This document shows positions 11,962-25,211 of a DNA stretch of 64,000 nt, piece by piece. A model generated the notes under the pieces. The model was given only the letters and a program-made list of their open reading frames with translations, was not told where the DNA came from and searched no databases. The translations under genes were made by a program, and so were the position numbers. Source of the stretch: Dudresnaya verticillata (lineage: Eukaryota); the NCBI GenBank assembly GCA_977862235.1, contig OZ374560.1, positions 1 to 64,000 on the forward strand, read 5' to 3'. How positions within the stretch are numbered: position 1 is the first letter of the stretch; the number at the start of each line of letters is the position of its first letter.

Positions 11962-12618
11962 TGTGGTGAAGTGAGATTCGGCATCCGAAACGGTGGAAAT
12001 GCATATAGTGTGGCCTGAACCGTTGTGGGATGTGTGCATGTGTAACCGTGTCGGATGTTGTGCGCATTGCTGTACGCTGGTACGCATTGCTGTACAGCAG
12101 TGAAGCGCACCAACCATACCGGAGTATTTGTAGTGTTTATTCTTTATTTTTAGTGAGTATCTGTACAGTATGTAGAGTAGTGCGCCAGCCAATGAGAATG
12201 CTGCGCATGTCCGTGTCGGAGATTGGGACCAGCAGGGCCGATTCCACCATGGGTCCAGACCACTAGGGTCTGGCCCCCACGGACCGGACCGCTCGGTGCC
12301 ACCCTGACTTGTATATCAGGGCGGCACCGCAGCGGCTCCTAAGGCAAACGGGTAAGCAACCTTAGCCCAATCCTTTACGGTTTTCCCCGCGCCGAGCCCG
12401 TTGCGGTCTACCACCACCACCGTTACAGAGTCCGTCCCGGCAGTTGTACCACCCCCTTGTCTGTTGCTTCCCAATATCCGTCTCGGTTAGCCGCTAGCTG
12501 TTCTCCCGTTACGGTGCGAACTGCTCTACCACCCCGTGGAGGTAGTGCTGCTCTCGTCCGTTAAGGAAAGTCAGGCCAGCTGTCCGTCTCGGAGTTCGTG
12601 GGTTTTCACTACACCACA
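11962..12618 (+). repeat. E1 3' LTR (657 bp)
   Basis: TGTGGTGAAGTGA...TCACTACACCACA inverted termini; follows the PPT; matches the 5' remnant. Confidence 0.92.
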
Positions 12619-12900
12619 GATGAATCATTCAGTGATAATGATAGTGACTCCAGCAACGATCTAGAGGGTATGGCCGACTTCCCAGACCCTAATGATCCCA
12701 CTTGCGCTAGTGTCGTTATGGACGACATCCGCATTTACTGCAGTACCGGAATACTCTGCCAGTATCGTGTCCCCGGAGATCTCCAAAAGGAAAAGTATCT
12801 CAGAGATATTTGCAATGTTTGCAAGCTCGGAGTGCATAACTTCTGCCAAATGCAGAACAGCGGTGCGCCTCCCAAGGGACAGGTCTGCAAACTGTGCTAG
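12619..12900 (+). pseudogene. 3' fragment of a PHD-finger-like ORF interrupted by E1 (possibly a DNA-transposase C-terminus)
   Basis: Acidic stretch then C...C...CNVC...HNFC...CKLC* (C4HC3-like) starting right at the LTR boundary. Confidence 0.45.
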
Positions 12901-13680
12901 CTTAAATTCGACCTCAAGGCGTTCCACCTTCTTCCAGGCCTTAAAGGTTTGGCGCCAGACGAAATGCCCAGGTCTGATTAGATTGGTATTGGATTCGCCC
13001 GCACGCATTGCAGTTGAGACCGTGCCAGACAGGACGGGTTGGTGAGAGACCGAAAAGTGGTCTCTAGTTGTTTTGAATGAGAATTCGCCCGCACGCTGTG
13101 CATTGAAGCAAAGTTTGCCTGCCATTCACCACTTCAGCAAAAGGAGGCATACGAGATGCAGCCTCGTAGTAGACCGATGGATGAGGAATCATAGTGAAAG
13201 CCACGTAGTAGAGCAAGCGTAACACCGTTCGACAGCTAATAAAAAGTCAGCACTCTTGAGTGCCAAGGCATCTTGCCACGAAAGAGACCAGAGCATGACC
13301 AAAACCGAGAGCAGCCAGACCGGCTGCATCGAACGCGATAGAATACGGTACGGTGCATGCGGCGCAGACCACGTGGGCGTGCAGTGCGATGAAGTGATTC
13401 GGACAAGTGTACGAATAGTATCTGTAATTGTGGCAGGCTTTGGACGCCTGCAATGCAGCAGTACCAGCAGTAGCCCATCGGATACGCCACTGCCGGTGGC
13501 CCGACGGGTATCCCCGTCTGGCGCACAGCGCAACTCTGTCCAGCCGCCCACAGCCATCCCTTCCCGGACGGCCCGGACCGCCTGGAACCGGACCGCCTGG
13601 GACCCAGAAGGAGATGGACCGCAGTAAGACACTGTAATGTAATGAAGCATGGCAAAGGCGTACGCCCTACAACACGCGGG

Positions 13681-13744
13681 CTCGCGCCCACACGCGCCCG
13701 CACGCGCCCACACGCGCCCGCACGCGCCCGCACGCGCCCGCACG
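13681..13744. repeat. GC-rich 10-bp tandem repeat (CACGCGCCCR)x6
   Basis: Directly visible in the sequence. Confidence 0.9.
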
Positions 13745-13829
13745 GTGCACAGAGCCGATCGGCGCGTCCAAGTCCTTCGCTAAAAATCCAAGTTCCTCAT
13801 ACATCGGCTTTCTACTTATACGTTTCTTA

Positions 13830-14392
13830 GTACAGCCAAAGTTGTCGAGCGAGTCGCCCAAAGTCGTGTACGTCTTCATACGCAGCCTCCGTAAGCAGCT
13901 CTGTACCGCTACTGGGGAAATAGGCATCGCGTAATTTCAATAGAAAACAAGTCACCTCTCGTCACCTTCGTGCCGTCCAAGGTCACAAACTTGCCCTACT
14001 TGGATTTCGCTTCCTGGGTAGACCACAATGGGTTTTAGCTTCATACCGTCGGCATTAATATCGCTCATAGGGTTGTGTTCAGCAATGTGGGAGCATATCC
14101 TTGCCACCCGGCTCAATGACTTCCTCTCGCACAGCCGTACCACCGTTCTCGGCAATGTCTCGTCCTCTTTCCGAAAGAGCGCGAGTTTATTGTTACGGGA
14201 TGCTATTTCGCGCCAGTCGTTCCCGCCAAATGCTATCAAAAATTACCGGAAATCATGACGCATGTTTTATTTGCTGCGCCACTTTTTGTGCCCAACGTTT
14301 ATGGTACCTCCTCTCTGCAGCACAGCAGTGCCTGGAAATGCCTCTCTATCTTATTGGATGTCTGCAGGGTACCCTGTCTGGGTACAGGACTG
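13830..14392 (-). mobile_element. Degenerate pogo/Tc5-like DNA transposon relic
   Basis: INADGMKLKPIVVYPG resembles the DDE_1 motif. CAGTCC terminus beside TA at 14393-14394. Frameshifted. Confidence 0.35.
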
Positions 14393-15750
14393 TATTGTAC
14401 ACTACGACGCTCCGTCCGTCGTCGCCGGCGGACGCGAAGGTGGCAGTTCGCGACTAGCTGCGCCAGCTTGCGGAGGCTGCGATCGTGCAGTCCACTAAAT
14501 AGCGTGGGTCGGACGACCTGAGCAGCACAGCTCACACTCTGGTTTTTACCTAATAAAGGCAGCCCGCGGGCGTCAACACAGACGAGAAAACCTCCCAACA
14601 ACCCGGGGTGACCTAGCCTCCAACCTCGCCTTCCCGCTTTTCCTTTTCTCTCTCCTTTACCCACCACCGCGTACGCGAGTGGCTCTCTTTATCCGCACTG
14701 CGTTACACGGCTGAAGGCTGGGGGGAGAAGCTTTACAGCAGTGCAAGAGAGAGATAGAAAGAAAGAAAGGTCCAATTGATGGTGGCTTCCTCCTCCGCAG
14801 ATCCCAAACTTGGTAATGGGTACGATTTTTGAACCTCGCAGTAGTCGGAGTAGTCGGAATACTCCCTTCTCGCATATCTTGGTGGCGTCATGGCAACAGC
14901 AGCATTCAGCTTTTCCCGCAGCCGCCATGTACTACACAGAAGAACGGGCGAAACCGAGTTCGGTGGCAAGCCCAATGACAATACGACAGAAAAGCTGCTC
15001 TGCAAGTTGTATGGTTCTGACTCCAGCATCACCCTGCGAAGATCAGGTTCGTCAGCAATGGGCAGGAGGGGGGAACCTTCTCTGATTAACCTGCATAGGG
15101 CTTAGCGCGAGGCTCCCGTGAGTAACGTGAAGAATGTCTCAAAGAACGCAACAAAGCAGGCCGGAAAATATGTCAAAACCGGCAATATTCTATCGAGGGA
15201 ACAAGTTAATGAAGTAGTTCACGAGTCGCCCACTCGTGCCTAACCGGAAGCACAATAAGTGTCAACACTTAGAGGGGCTTCCCAATAATCTCAAGCAGGC
15301 GGCGGGGCAAGATGCCAGCCGTATGTTGTTGCGTTTCACTCGCAGCTTGAGAGCTCGTCACGGCAAGCACCGGAACCGAATTTGTATAGCGAAGGGATTT
15401 ATTTAAGGGCCAGTCTTGGCCACGAAATGCGAGAACGGCGACCCCGAGCAACGAGAGCAGCCGCATTGGCTGGGCATCGCATCCTCCACCCACCGAGGCG
15501 CAAGAATAGTCATATGGCCTACCCTGACAAAGGAAGTAGACTCGTAATGAAGAACGTTGTGTGATGGCTCATCGGCTTCTGCAGCCGAAGGCTTCGGACC
15601 GAAGCCGACGCACTCTAAGTTTAATTTGTGCTGATAAACTTTACCGGGCAGGGCTTAGCTCTGAATACTGCCCGGTAAAGTTTATCATCACATATTTTCC
15701 AGCTCATACACCACTCTCTTCTTCTTGCCCGGACTTTTTGCCGCATAAAA

Positions 15751-17631
15751 ATGCACGTGAAGCCCGCACATGAAGCGGACAGATTCGCCGGCATCAACTT
15801 CTCGGACTTTCAGCAACTGGAGAACAAGCGCATGGACAAAGCAAAAGAAACCCCACCACCGAAGCACTACCGAGCAACCACAATGCTCTATCAGCAGGAT
15901 ATTCTCCCACAGCCCTACATACCAAATCCGCCCAGCGAAGATGAAACTCTTTCCTCTACCACGTCCATTTGCTCCTCCGTTTTGCAGCTGCCCACCCCAC
16001 CGCCGTCATATCTGCTGCGGAACGGAAGTGAACCCACTGTCCGGCTCTGTCATAGTACATCTGTTCCCAACCCCAGTCAGGAGCTCCACGCATATCCCTT
16101 TCACAGGAGGAACAGTGAACTCGGAGATCGAGGCAGGAGACCTCCTGTTCAGGCCATGGGCATGGGGGCACAGCCAGAATGTCGGAAAAATCTAGTGTGG
16201 CCAGTTGACCCGAGCAGCGATACCGGCAGCCATGCTAGCTTGGAAATAACCAGGAATCCTTCTCCGCCAACAGCGTCACAATGTAATGACATTCTGGCTG
16301 TCATTGATGAGGACCGTACCAGTCGCCCCACAATTCCATTTAGTCTGGACAAGATTAGGACACCTTGGAGAATTGAAAAAGATGAACGGGACCTGCTAAC
16401 CTCACAACCTCAAGCAAGACGCAAGTATAGTCTTGACCTACGGAAACCACCATCGCCTGGTTCTGTGTCGGACAGTTTGTGCCAGACACAAGTCGTTCCC
16501 AACGGAAAGAAGCGGTTTGCTCGATGTTCAAGAAGGTATAGCCCTCAAACCGGCTGCAAGGTTCTTGAAGACGCCAATGCTCCACTCCACTGCGAACAAG
16601 GAACAGCTCTAACAGCTGCGACGGTTGAACTTATACAGCCAGTGGAACCCTGCTTTATGTCGCGGAACAACCGGTTTCATTCTGCCAATCATGCTTCAGG
16701 TAGCACTGGTCCGCATCACAGCCATTGGCAATCAACCGTTGAAGATAGAACACAAATTACTCTCAATGGTATCAATCTTCCCCCTGCAGGCCATAGTTCC
16801 ATTCTCTCTGGGGGCAAAAAATTCCCAGACAATGCTTCTTCTTCTAGCAACGTACCCCGCTTCAAATTTACTCCCTCCAACTCTCGTCAACCTCCTGACA
16901 AAAGAAGAGAAATATCGGAGAGAACTCCAACTGCTCTACCACTAAGACAAAATATCTCCCGTCGCCTTCCTCGATCGGAAGTATTTATTCGATCTAGCTC
17001 AGGGACTGCCCCTGTGACCAAACGCAACGTTTTAAAGGCTTTGGAATCAGGACATGAAGATGGAAAAGCTTGCCGCCTTCCAGGGAGGAATACGAGTCTT
17101 GAGAGCCCAATTTCGGAGACTGACGAGCTGGACATAATGAACTGTGTTACAGAAATTGATGACTCGAAGATCTTCAGCCTAGAAGGTTACACTTGGATTT
17201 CGGATGGAAAGGAAGAAGCAGGATCGTTCGAAGAGGAAAAGCATAAAGGAGCAGAGGATATATCTTCAGCCACTGTCCATATGATTCCTGAAGGAGATCG
17301 AGGCAGTCGCAGCTCCGACAGTTTTTCGAGCGAGGCACAAATAGAAAATAGGCCTACACATGTGTATCAACGACGTTTTAGCCGACATGATAACGCACCA
17401 TGTGGGACTACACCATGGGACTCAATGAATATCAAAAAGCACCTACACGATTCTGCATATCAGGCATCTCTTTCACGAGATTCTGAAGAGCTCCCATTGA
17501 ACGGATCAAATGGTCCAACAGCTGGCAATGGTCAGAGGGAAGTTGAGAGTCAAAGAAAGAAAAGAAGTCTCGGTTCAAGGATTAGTAGCCTATTCAACCT
17601 AAAAGGAAGGACAGAGCCCTCCGCTGAGTGA
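15751..17631 (+). CDS. Hypothetical Ser/Pro-rich, largely disordered protein (626 aa, intronless)
   Basis: Long ATG-initiated ORF in non-repetitive DNA; no domain recognised. Confidence 0.7.
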   Translation: MHVKPAHEADRFAGINFSDFQQLENKRMDKAKETPPPKHYRATTMLYQQDILPQPYIPNPPSEDETLSSTTSICSSVLQLPTPPPSYLLRNGSEPTVRLCHSTSVPNPSQELHAYPFHRRNSELGDRGRRPPVQAMGMGAQPECRKNLVWPVDPSSDTGSHASLEITRNPSPPTASQCNDILAVIDEDRTSRPTIPFSLDKIRTPWRIEKDERDLLTSQPQARRKYSLDLRKPPSPGSVSDSLCQTQVVPNGKKRFARCSRRYSPQTGCKVLEDANAPLHCEQGTALTAATVELIQPVEPCFMSRNNRFHSANHASGSTGPHHSHWQSTVEDRTQITLNGINLPPAGHSSILSGGKKFPDNASSSSNVPRFKFTPSNSRQPPDKRREISERTPTALPLRQNISRRLPRSEVFIRSSSGTAPVTKRNVLKALESGHEDGKACRLPGRNTSLESPISETDELDIMNCVTEIDDSKIFSLEGYTWISDGKEEAGSFEEEKHKGAEDISSATVHMIPEGDRGSRSSDSFSSEAQIENRPTHVYQRRFSRHDNAPCGTTPWDSMNIKKHLHDSAYQASLSRDSEELPLNGSNGPTAGNGQREVESQRKKRSLGSRISSLFNLKGRTEPSAE

Positions 17632-19289
17632 TTCCTGTGAATACTTTTGCGTTAATCCCTGCAATTCATTGGCTTCAAATTTGCTATTACGGTAACGCAG
17701 CACTCTCATATTGCTCTAACGAAGCTCTTCAAGAACAGAGCAATCAGTTAAAAAAGATATGCTCTTAACTAACCCCCAAGAGACTGCATGGTGTTGTCGG
17801 ATTTAGCATCCGTCCTCTCGAAATGAATTAGGACGTACGGATGTTCAGTCTTTCGCGTATCTTGTTTTTGTACTCTACGGTTCACGGATAGTACCGCTAA
17901 CTAGAAAAACAGCCCTCTTTCTTCCCCAAGCTTTTGCCCATGGCTCTGAGCCGTCCTAGATCCACCTGACCTATTGCATGAACGGTGCAATTCCCGAATG
18001 GATTCTCAGCATTCTCAACGTAGAACCTCGTTTTGTGGCATGCTTCCTACTGACCAGTAACCACAGTTTTATTATCCTGTCTGCATTTCTGAAAGCGAGC
18101 TCGGAACTCAGAAACACAAGAAGTGGAAGCGCCACTCTAAGGCACTAAATGTAAGGGAGGGATAAAGAAAAGTAGATTATGTGCTAAATGACTTCATTGT
18201 ACCCCTTGCATATGTCTTAAAACGCTCAATAGCAAGAATAACACTGAGCCACTTACACTGGGTGGCATCCGTTGACAGTATAGAGAAGTAGCACAGGATG
18301 TATATCTTGAGAAAAACTTGTTCAGACTTCCATTTACTTCAGTAGTTGTGCACAGTCAATCCCAGAAAATTCTAGGGACTAGTAGGTATTAATGCGCATT
18401 GTGCGGTTTCCATTGGACTTCTCACAAGGGCCTGCGTCTCTTTCGAAATTAGCCACCGAGATCCGGTACAGTGGGCAACATTCACACAAATAATAAGCGT
18501 CAACTCTACAACAGCGCGACGATGAAAAGGGAGACAATTAGCATTCTGGAATACTGGCCAGAAATACCTAAACAGAAATGGAACTAATGCGAGTAACAAG
18601 AAGCAGAAAGATGTTGAAGTCTATCGTAAATTTGTAGGTGCTGTACTAAGTTGAGCTATCTAGGCATTTTGGTAAACGGAATATGCCAGCTCTTGAACGC
18701 AAGTGCTTACATTCCTTAGAATCTAGCAATCCACAAAACACCATCCACTCCTAATAATTTATTCTTTTCTGGAGATAAACAAAACTCGTACAGTAGAGCA
18801 CGTTAAAGAGGGAAAGGCTAACAGTAAATCCGCAGGAAACCCTTGCAATATGTATAAGCTACACCATTCCTTTCCTTACAAATGACTTTAAAAGGACTCA
18901 ACTATGCATAATTGCCTCGGAAATAATGAAGGAATCAAATGGGAAGAGTACGAAGAGTTGTTCAAGAGTATCCCTAGCTTACTAAAACCCCTAAACTGCC
19001 CGCAAGTGACAGCAGCAAATTGAAGAACCAAAGACGCCGTTTTGCTCAAAATGCCCGACTCTACAAAAGAGAGCTCTTCTGATGCCGCGGGAGCTCATTT
19101 CCTAGGACCATTGAAACTAGCAATGTGATGGTAAACTTTTACTGGTTGTGTTAGCAATGCGCTGTACTCTCAATTCATCAAAGCCAACAAATTGCCCCCG
19201 TTCTAGAGAAATGTGGCGGGCTTCCCAGTCCATCCGACTGACCTCTATTCTGTCCTACGCAAAACAGTAACGCACAGCAGTTCGTCGTC

Positions 19290-20675
19290 TGGCCCGCTTT
19301 CCCGCCGCACCTCACTGCGATGATAACCTCGACTCTTGGATCTCTCTATGTACGGACCGTGGGCGATGCGACGCCTTGCAGCGCAGAAGTCAGAAGAGGG
19401 GTCGTGCAGGGATCTCCACTGAGCCCAGTTTTGTTCAATTCGTTCATCGACCCTCTAGCGTACGCGTTATGTGAGCGGCTGAACCGACTGCACTCGAACC
19501 TTCCAGGTCGCCTATTTGCTGATGATTGCCTCCTCCATGGACCATCTCCGGCATTTATTCGCACGGCACTTCAGGTCTGCGAAGAGTGGTCCCGAGAAAC
19601 AGGCATGTGTAGGTCCGTTAAGAAATGCGCTATCGTCATGCCAGCCCGGCACCGCACACGCCCGAACAAATGCGCCTTTACCCTTAACAACGAGAGAATA
19701 GCGCATCAACAAAGTGTCCGGTACCTGGGAATCGACATCTCATCCTCAGGAATCGGGACCGCAACAAAATACAGCGCACGAGGAAGGCCCAAGTGCTATG
19801 GGCGAACTTGTGAGAATGGGTCACCTAAGCTCAGCAATGCCTGCCCCGACTGCCCGATATGTCTACTCGGTCTCCTTTCGTCTGATAATTGAATACGGAC
19901 TAGCACTCGTCCCACTCACACGAGACCTAACGCAAGCTTTTGACAGGGTCGATGCACAACTCTTCCGACTGCGCATCTTCCAAGCGTCACCAGTCGTTAG
20001 TGCACCTCGCTTACTCAAACTACGAGCCCTATACAGACTAGAGTCCCCAAAATTGCTGCAAAGATCCCTACAACACAAACTCGTTCACAGCCTGCGCCGC
20101 TTGACCCAGCGGCAGAACGCTCAAGCCTCATGGCAGGCAAGTCGGATACTCACGGCGCTATCAATCTTCCAACATCCAGGCATCCAAGATAGTCTGCGCC
20201 AAGGTACGTCTCCCAGAACCCTCGCTATAAGAGAATGGAGAATGGCTTTATCAGGAAGAAGGATGGCACCGGTCTACAGCCATCACCGTCTACCGTTGGC
20301 TCCGGAACTCCCGGACCATCAAGACAGGGAGCTAGCCACACGCTGGCATCTGGGGACTTTCCCAAACCCACCCAGCTGTCCAACCGCCCGCCTCGCGCTG
20401 CGACCGAGCGCACAGACGCTGTCACTTCTGTCACTCCAAGACCCCGACTCATCCGCCGCCGCCCGCGTCTGCGACGCCCTGCGAGCCATCCGTCGTATAT
20501 GCCTCGAAGAATACCCCTCACCGCATGCCACCCAGTAGACAGCCCCACCCACTACCACATCTCCACTCGGCAGTGTATCACTCCCCGCCCATCAATCGAC
20601 CGTGTGCCAGCAAATGGGCCAAAGTCGCCTACCCAGGACCACGTTAAACAACAAATAAAAAAATACTACAACACT
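19290..20675 (+). mobile_element. 5'-truncated, frameshifted LINE (RT C-terminal half and 3' tail)
   Basis: GVVQGSPLSPVLFN, LFADD, KKC, VRYLG. A frameshift near 19770 joins ORF 19714-20538. A-rich tail ~20650-20675. The 5' boundary is approximate. Confidence 0.85.
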
Positions 20676-22426
20676 AGGCAGCACAAAAGTGCCAATCAAA
20701 CGTGCAGATGTTGGGACGAGTCAAGGCGTTGGATGGACTACGCAAGGAAGGTTAAAGGCTATTAAGGCGTGTATGATTCACACCAGTTGGGGCAAACAGG
20801 GATAGCAACTAAAATCAAAAGACCGATTGCATTGTCTTTGTCGAAAGATGTAGGGAAACCTCATAGGCCCCATCATGCGTAAATCTGGCCGCGACCGGGA
20901 CAATTCGGCGCCAGCAGTCGAAAAACAAAATGTCACCAAATAGAGGAGCTACAAATAGAGAAGCAATGCAGATAGAGCGGTAGCGTACGAGGGTCTCGAT
21001 AGAATGGAGCAGAGAGAACACACAGTGGACCATGCAAAGTGAGAAACAAAGAGCCATGCCTTTTGGGCATACGACATGTCACGAGGTGCTGTTGCTATGT
21101 CGAAGCTACTGTCGCCTTTCCCGTTACAGATGTCCACACTGTGGACCCATGTTGTCATAATTGCGAGTCCATGCAAGTCCACACAGTGGACATGCACACC
21201 CACCACGCCGCGGTTACTCAGGCTGCCGCATGGCGCTGCACGAAACATCTGAGCGACCCTCGCATAGTGATTGAGACCCGCAGTACTATCGTCATGGCCG
21301 CTTCCGGTACCGGACTCCTCGGCACGGTCACTGCAAACATTCCATGTACTAATGTACATTCTCGACGATGGATTCACTGGGAATCCTAGGGTTTCGGAGG
21401 GGGAGGGCTCGCTTCTACCCTTGACTACGTCAGCGGGCCAACGGCGCAGGAAAGTGCGGCGAACCGCTCACACCTCCCATTCCGGGGCGCCCTCGCCCGC
21501 TTCGAAAGCCTACGGTAGCTATCCGACTCACGCGTAGTCCTGTTTATGCTTTGTCGCGGAATTCTGAGGAAACTGCAGTTGCCGCGCAGCTCCAACACGT
21601 AAGAAAGTCAGGCATTGCGCTTGGTTGCCGTTCGTGGTACAATAGCAGTCGCCGAATTACAAGGTATGAAGCCTGCCACTAGCGATTCTATCTTTGAGTT
21701 TACTTGTGGTCAACTCAAATTCTTTATCTGTACTATTGGCCATCACCAACATGGCAGTAGAGTCCAGAACTTTGTGCAGAGAGAAGCCGTTTATCACAAG
21801 GCGACAAACTGTGCTCGAAGAGAAGCGGGAGAAACTTGTATGGTTTATCGAGATCCAACAAAAGGAGTGGTTGTGAATGTAGGTTGGGTGAGTTATGCTG
21901 GGGTGTTATATTAGACTACCAGCATCCTGCAATTTTCGGTTTTTGGAAGCTAGCAACGCCGAGAAAACGTGATCGGTTCTGTATTCATGATATGATATTA
22001 TGTCTCTCCGCTCTCTCCCAGGAGGCCGGAACAGTGCACAAATGCACTAAAGTGTTTAAACAGAACCCATCATAAGCGAAGGTTTGGCAAGTAGCCAGCC
22101 GCGTTCAGAGGATGGGATGGTCCGCATATGACATGGAGATGCACACGCACAACCACGGCTCCTTTTGAGCCGATTCCCAACCCAACTGCGCCAAAGGCAG
22201 TGTTCTGCAGGAAAATGTTCTCAACAACCATGCCAGACTCGGGAGATTGACGTGCGTTCTCCAACTTGCGCGATTGCCATCAAACCATTTCGATGATTGC
22301 AATCCATTTCTTAATATTGATGATAATAACGCACAGACATCTTCATGCCTTCGCAAAAATACGGCAGCAGTGTACTATGGAAGCGAATGCTCGTAGCGGG
22401 TGGCATCTGTACATTACCATGTTTCA

Positions 22427-22645
22427 GTTATCTCCGGGACTAGTGTCCTTTCTCACCGTTGCACAGTGGCACGCGGACGCAGACCGAGGACTGCGATTTC
22501 TCAGTCATTAGCTGTACTGAATTGTTACAGGATAGTATCCCTTCTCGCCGCTGCACAGTGGCACGCGGACGCAGCTGGAGGACTGCGATTCCTCAGTAAT
22601 TATTCCTACTGAGTTGTTCCAGGAGTAATATCCTTCGCTGCTGAC
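22427..22645. repeat. ~92-bp tandem repeat, ~2.3 copies
   Basis: TGCACAGTGGCACGCGGACGCAG...GAGGACTGCGATT..TCAGT is repeated at ~22460 and ~22552. Confidence 0.8.
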
Positions 22646-25211
22646 TTGATCGATGGATTCTCGAGAGTTCCTACAGTAAAGAACACACCGTAGTATATAC
22701 GGTATTGGATGAAACGGCGGGCAAGAAATTTCTGTTCGAGATGCTTTCCCCAGCCCTACGGCAAAGCCCCCAGGTGTACTCGTGTTGCTCCCTGAGACTC
22801 ACTTGTTCAGCAGCTTAGGGGCTTTCCGGCTTGGCAGGCATTGAAGTTCATCCCATCCTGCATCGCATAACATGTAATTCTGTGATACGTAAATACATCA
22901 AGCTATGCGTAGTCCATGCTACTTAGAGATGCATGGTCACCAGTAGAAATCCTTGCAACCAAAATCCACTTGGGCAAAAGGTCACGCTCAGGGAAACGGT
23001 TTGCCTGCCGTCATCGTTACGTGGAAAACTTGGAGCTGGACGATGCCCAGGTTCGCATTGCCAGTGAAATCTGTGAAGTAGAGTGGGTGTTAATGCAATG
23101 AAAAGCGGCATGGTCTGCGGAATACCAAAAACGAAGTCGCGCTGCAGCCGTCTCTTCTACTATCTGTAGATCCCTTTCCACAGATTCTGCTCCACCCGCA
23201 TTGCCATAGAAAACGACAGTGCGAATAGCGCTTCCACGAACAGCACGGTCGCCAGCGCCAGATTCTCCATTGAAAGTTCATACACCCTCGTCGACATTGC
23301 AAATTGGGGCGTTGTGTTTGCCCCTCGAGGTGTTTCGGGTTTCTAGCGTATGTTACTCGCTTTGTCATCGAGGCCTTCGCGTTCGAGAATCTCTGTACGG
23401 CGCCAGGGCCTCGAATATCTCCCAATCATGCGGAAACCTTGATATTGTGCCGCTTCACGGAGCCTTCTGAGAAGAGCTCGATCAATTTGAACCCGTCCAT
23501 GCTCGCACGTGCTGCCATCGTTAGTATTAGGCCATTGGCAGTCCCCCTTCTTTGGAGAGCTCCTGTGGATGGGCAGCCAGATGAAAGGTTTGTTGCATTC
23601 GCAAGTCGTACGAGATTGTGTGGACGGCGTCTTCATAAGTCCGTTCTTCGGTAGCGCGCCGACCAGCAATGGCGGAGGGGGTGTTCTAACGGTCGTCCGA
23701 AGGCGAAGAAAGACTCTTCTCGTGTGCTTCAAAAGGCAGGGATGTCTTGCTTCAAACAAAGATGTTCAGAGCATCCTGCTGCTGTCCGAAATGGGAACTA
23801 GCTCCAAGCAAACAAGAGCTTCTCGGCAGAATGGGTCCTGCAAACCGTGATGTGTATTGCAAATGACGGGGGGAATCGACGCGGCGGCCGAGGGAGATGG
23901 GTACAAAGCCATGCACAGCGGAGAGGTCCGGAGCGATCTTGATGCGGACCAAAACGGTAAACAAAAACGCTGAGAAGCGTAGCGACGGGTACTGGGATCC
24001 ATGCGTTTCTTCGGAAGGCGTTCTGGGAACGGAAGCTTCTGTTTTCGAAGTTGAGGAATTTGTGCTCGTCACATGATTGTCGACAAGCTCGACTGTACCG
24101 CACAAAGGCGGGAGTATGTAAACGAGGGCATTCTGGTGTTGAAGGTTTCGCCCCAACAAAGCGGACCAGATGCTTTCACTAGGGCTGGATGCTGAGCTGT
24201 TTCCCGACGAGAATTTGGACGCCAGAAAAACCGTCTTTCAGGACCAGGGGTCCAATCCACGTTGCACCTTCTCGAATCGCTCGAAAATAGAACCTCTTCT
24301 GCGCGCCTGCAAATGCAATTCTGGTTTCGTTGCTTTCAAAGGACCTTCTTACCCTACAGACACACCCGTCACTATCTCACAACTCGCACAAACAGTCAAA
24401 TTGCAATCCCACCGGTACTCGAACCCTCCCATTGCACCCGTGTTCGCAGAACCTGCGCAGTTGCAGATGTGGATAGGCCCATCTCTGCTTGCAATTTTTG
24501 CCTTTATGTCCGTGCTGGAGCTGGAGTTCACATTCCCTGGCTGAACGTCGTATGCTATCCGATGGCACCACTCCCTCCAACAAATTCTTCTGCCGTTTTG
24601 TTGTTCGCGCTACTCTTCTACGTGCACTACCCTCTCTCTTCTCAGCAGCCCCCCTCCCATTGCATATGCACTCCGGCTCATCGCTCATCCACTTGTTGCA
24701 GCACACTGCTACTATTATTCACTGTGATTGTTCCGTGGTTCTGTGGACAGGTATACAATACCGTCCTTTCCCTACGAGCCCAACAGACATCTAGATTTCA
24801 ATTGCTTCTCGGCACTTGCGGCGGATTCGAGTACGCTTTGACTCTACCGTCTAAAGGGCGAAATCCTCCGAGTATTTCCTTTCAAGAAAATCCGCATGGT
24901 TCAGTAACAGCCGGAGGCTGCGACGTCATGAACCACCTAACAGGCTGTCAAGTTCTTGAATCCTCGATGCTGTTCCGACACAAAATCAGACAAAAGTCCG
25001 ACAAGCAAGGGACATTTAAGTCTTGCCGAAACCTCGGCTCGCTGTTTTATGTTCCGTTCCATTCAAGATCAAGCAGTGGGGTCACCAAGGGGACAAGGAA
25101 GTGTGAAAGCAATTTGGGTGTAATGCCTTGCTTCTTGAACACGAAACTGTACCTGTTCCAGATACACACAAACGGGGAGGGCATTTCTTAAAGACGCTAT
25201 CGCCACATGAC

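Larger units (their letters stand above)
1282..12618 (+). mobile_element. Gypsy/Ty3 chromodomain LTR retrotransposon E1, 5' LTR truncated by the telomere, LINE nested
   Basis: Partial LTR, PBS, gag, PR-RT-RH-IN-chromodomain, PPT, full 3' LTR with TG...CA termini. Confidence 0.95.

Noticed and set aside
18981..18996. Interstitial telomere-like CTAAAACCCCTAAAC
   Set aside because: Only ~1.5 units; could be chance.
22427..22645. CRISPR-like repeat
   Set aside because: The whole ~92-bp unit is duplicated with no unique spacers; eukaryotic context with no cas genes.
20800..24250. Many short overlapping ORFs
   Set aside because: No recognisable domain or consistent frame; possibly decayed TE or gene sequence, but not supportable.
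24262..25191. 309-aa plus-strand ORF
   Set aside because: TTG start, Cys/His-rich random-looking composition, no domain; lies in the 3' region of the GTPase gene.
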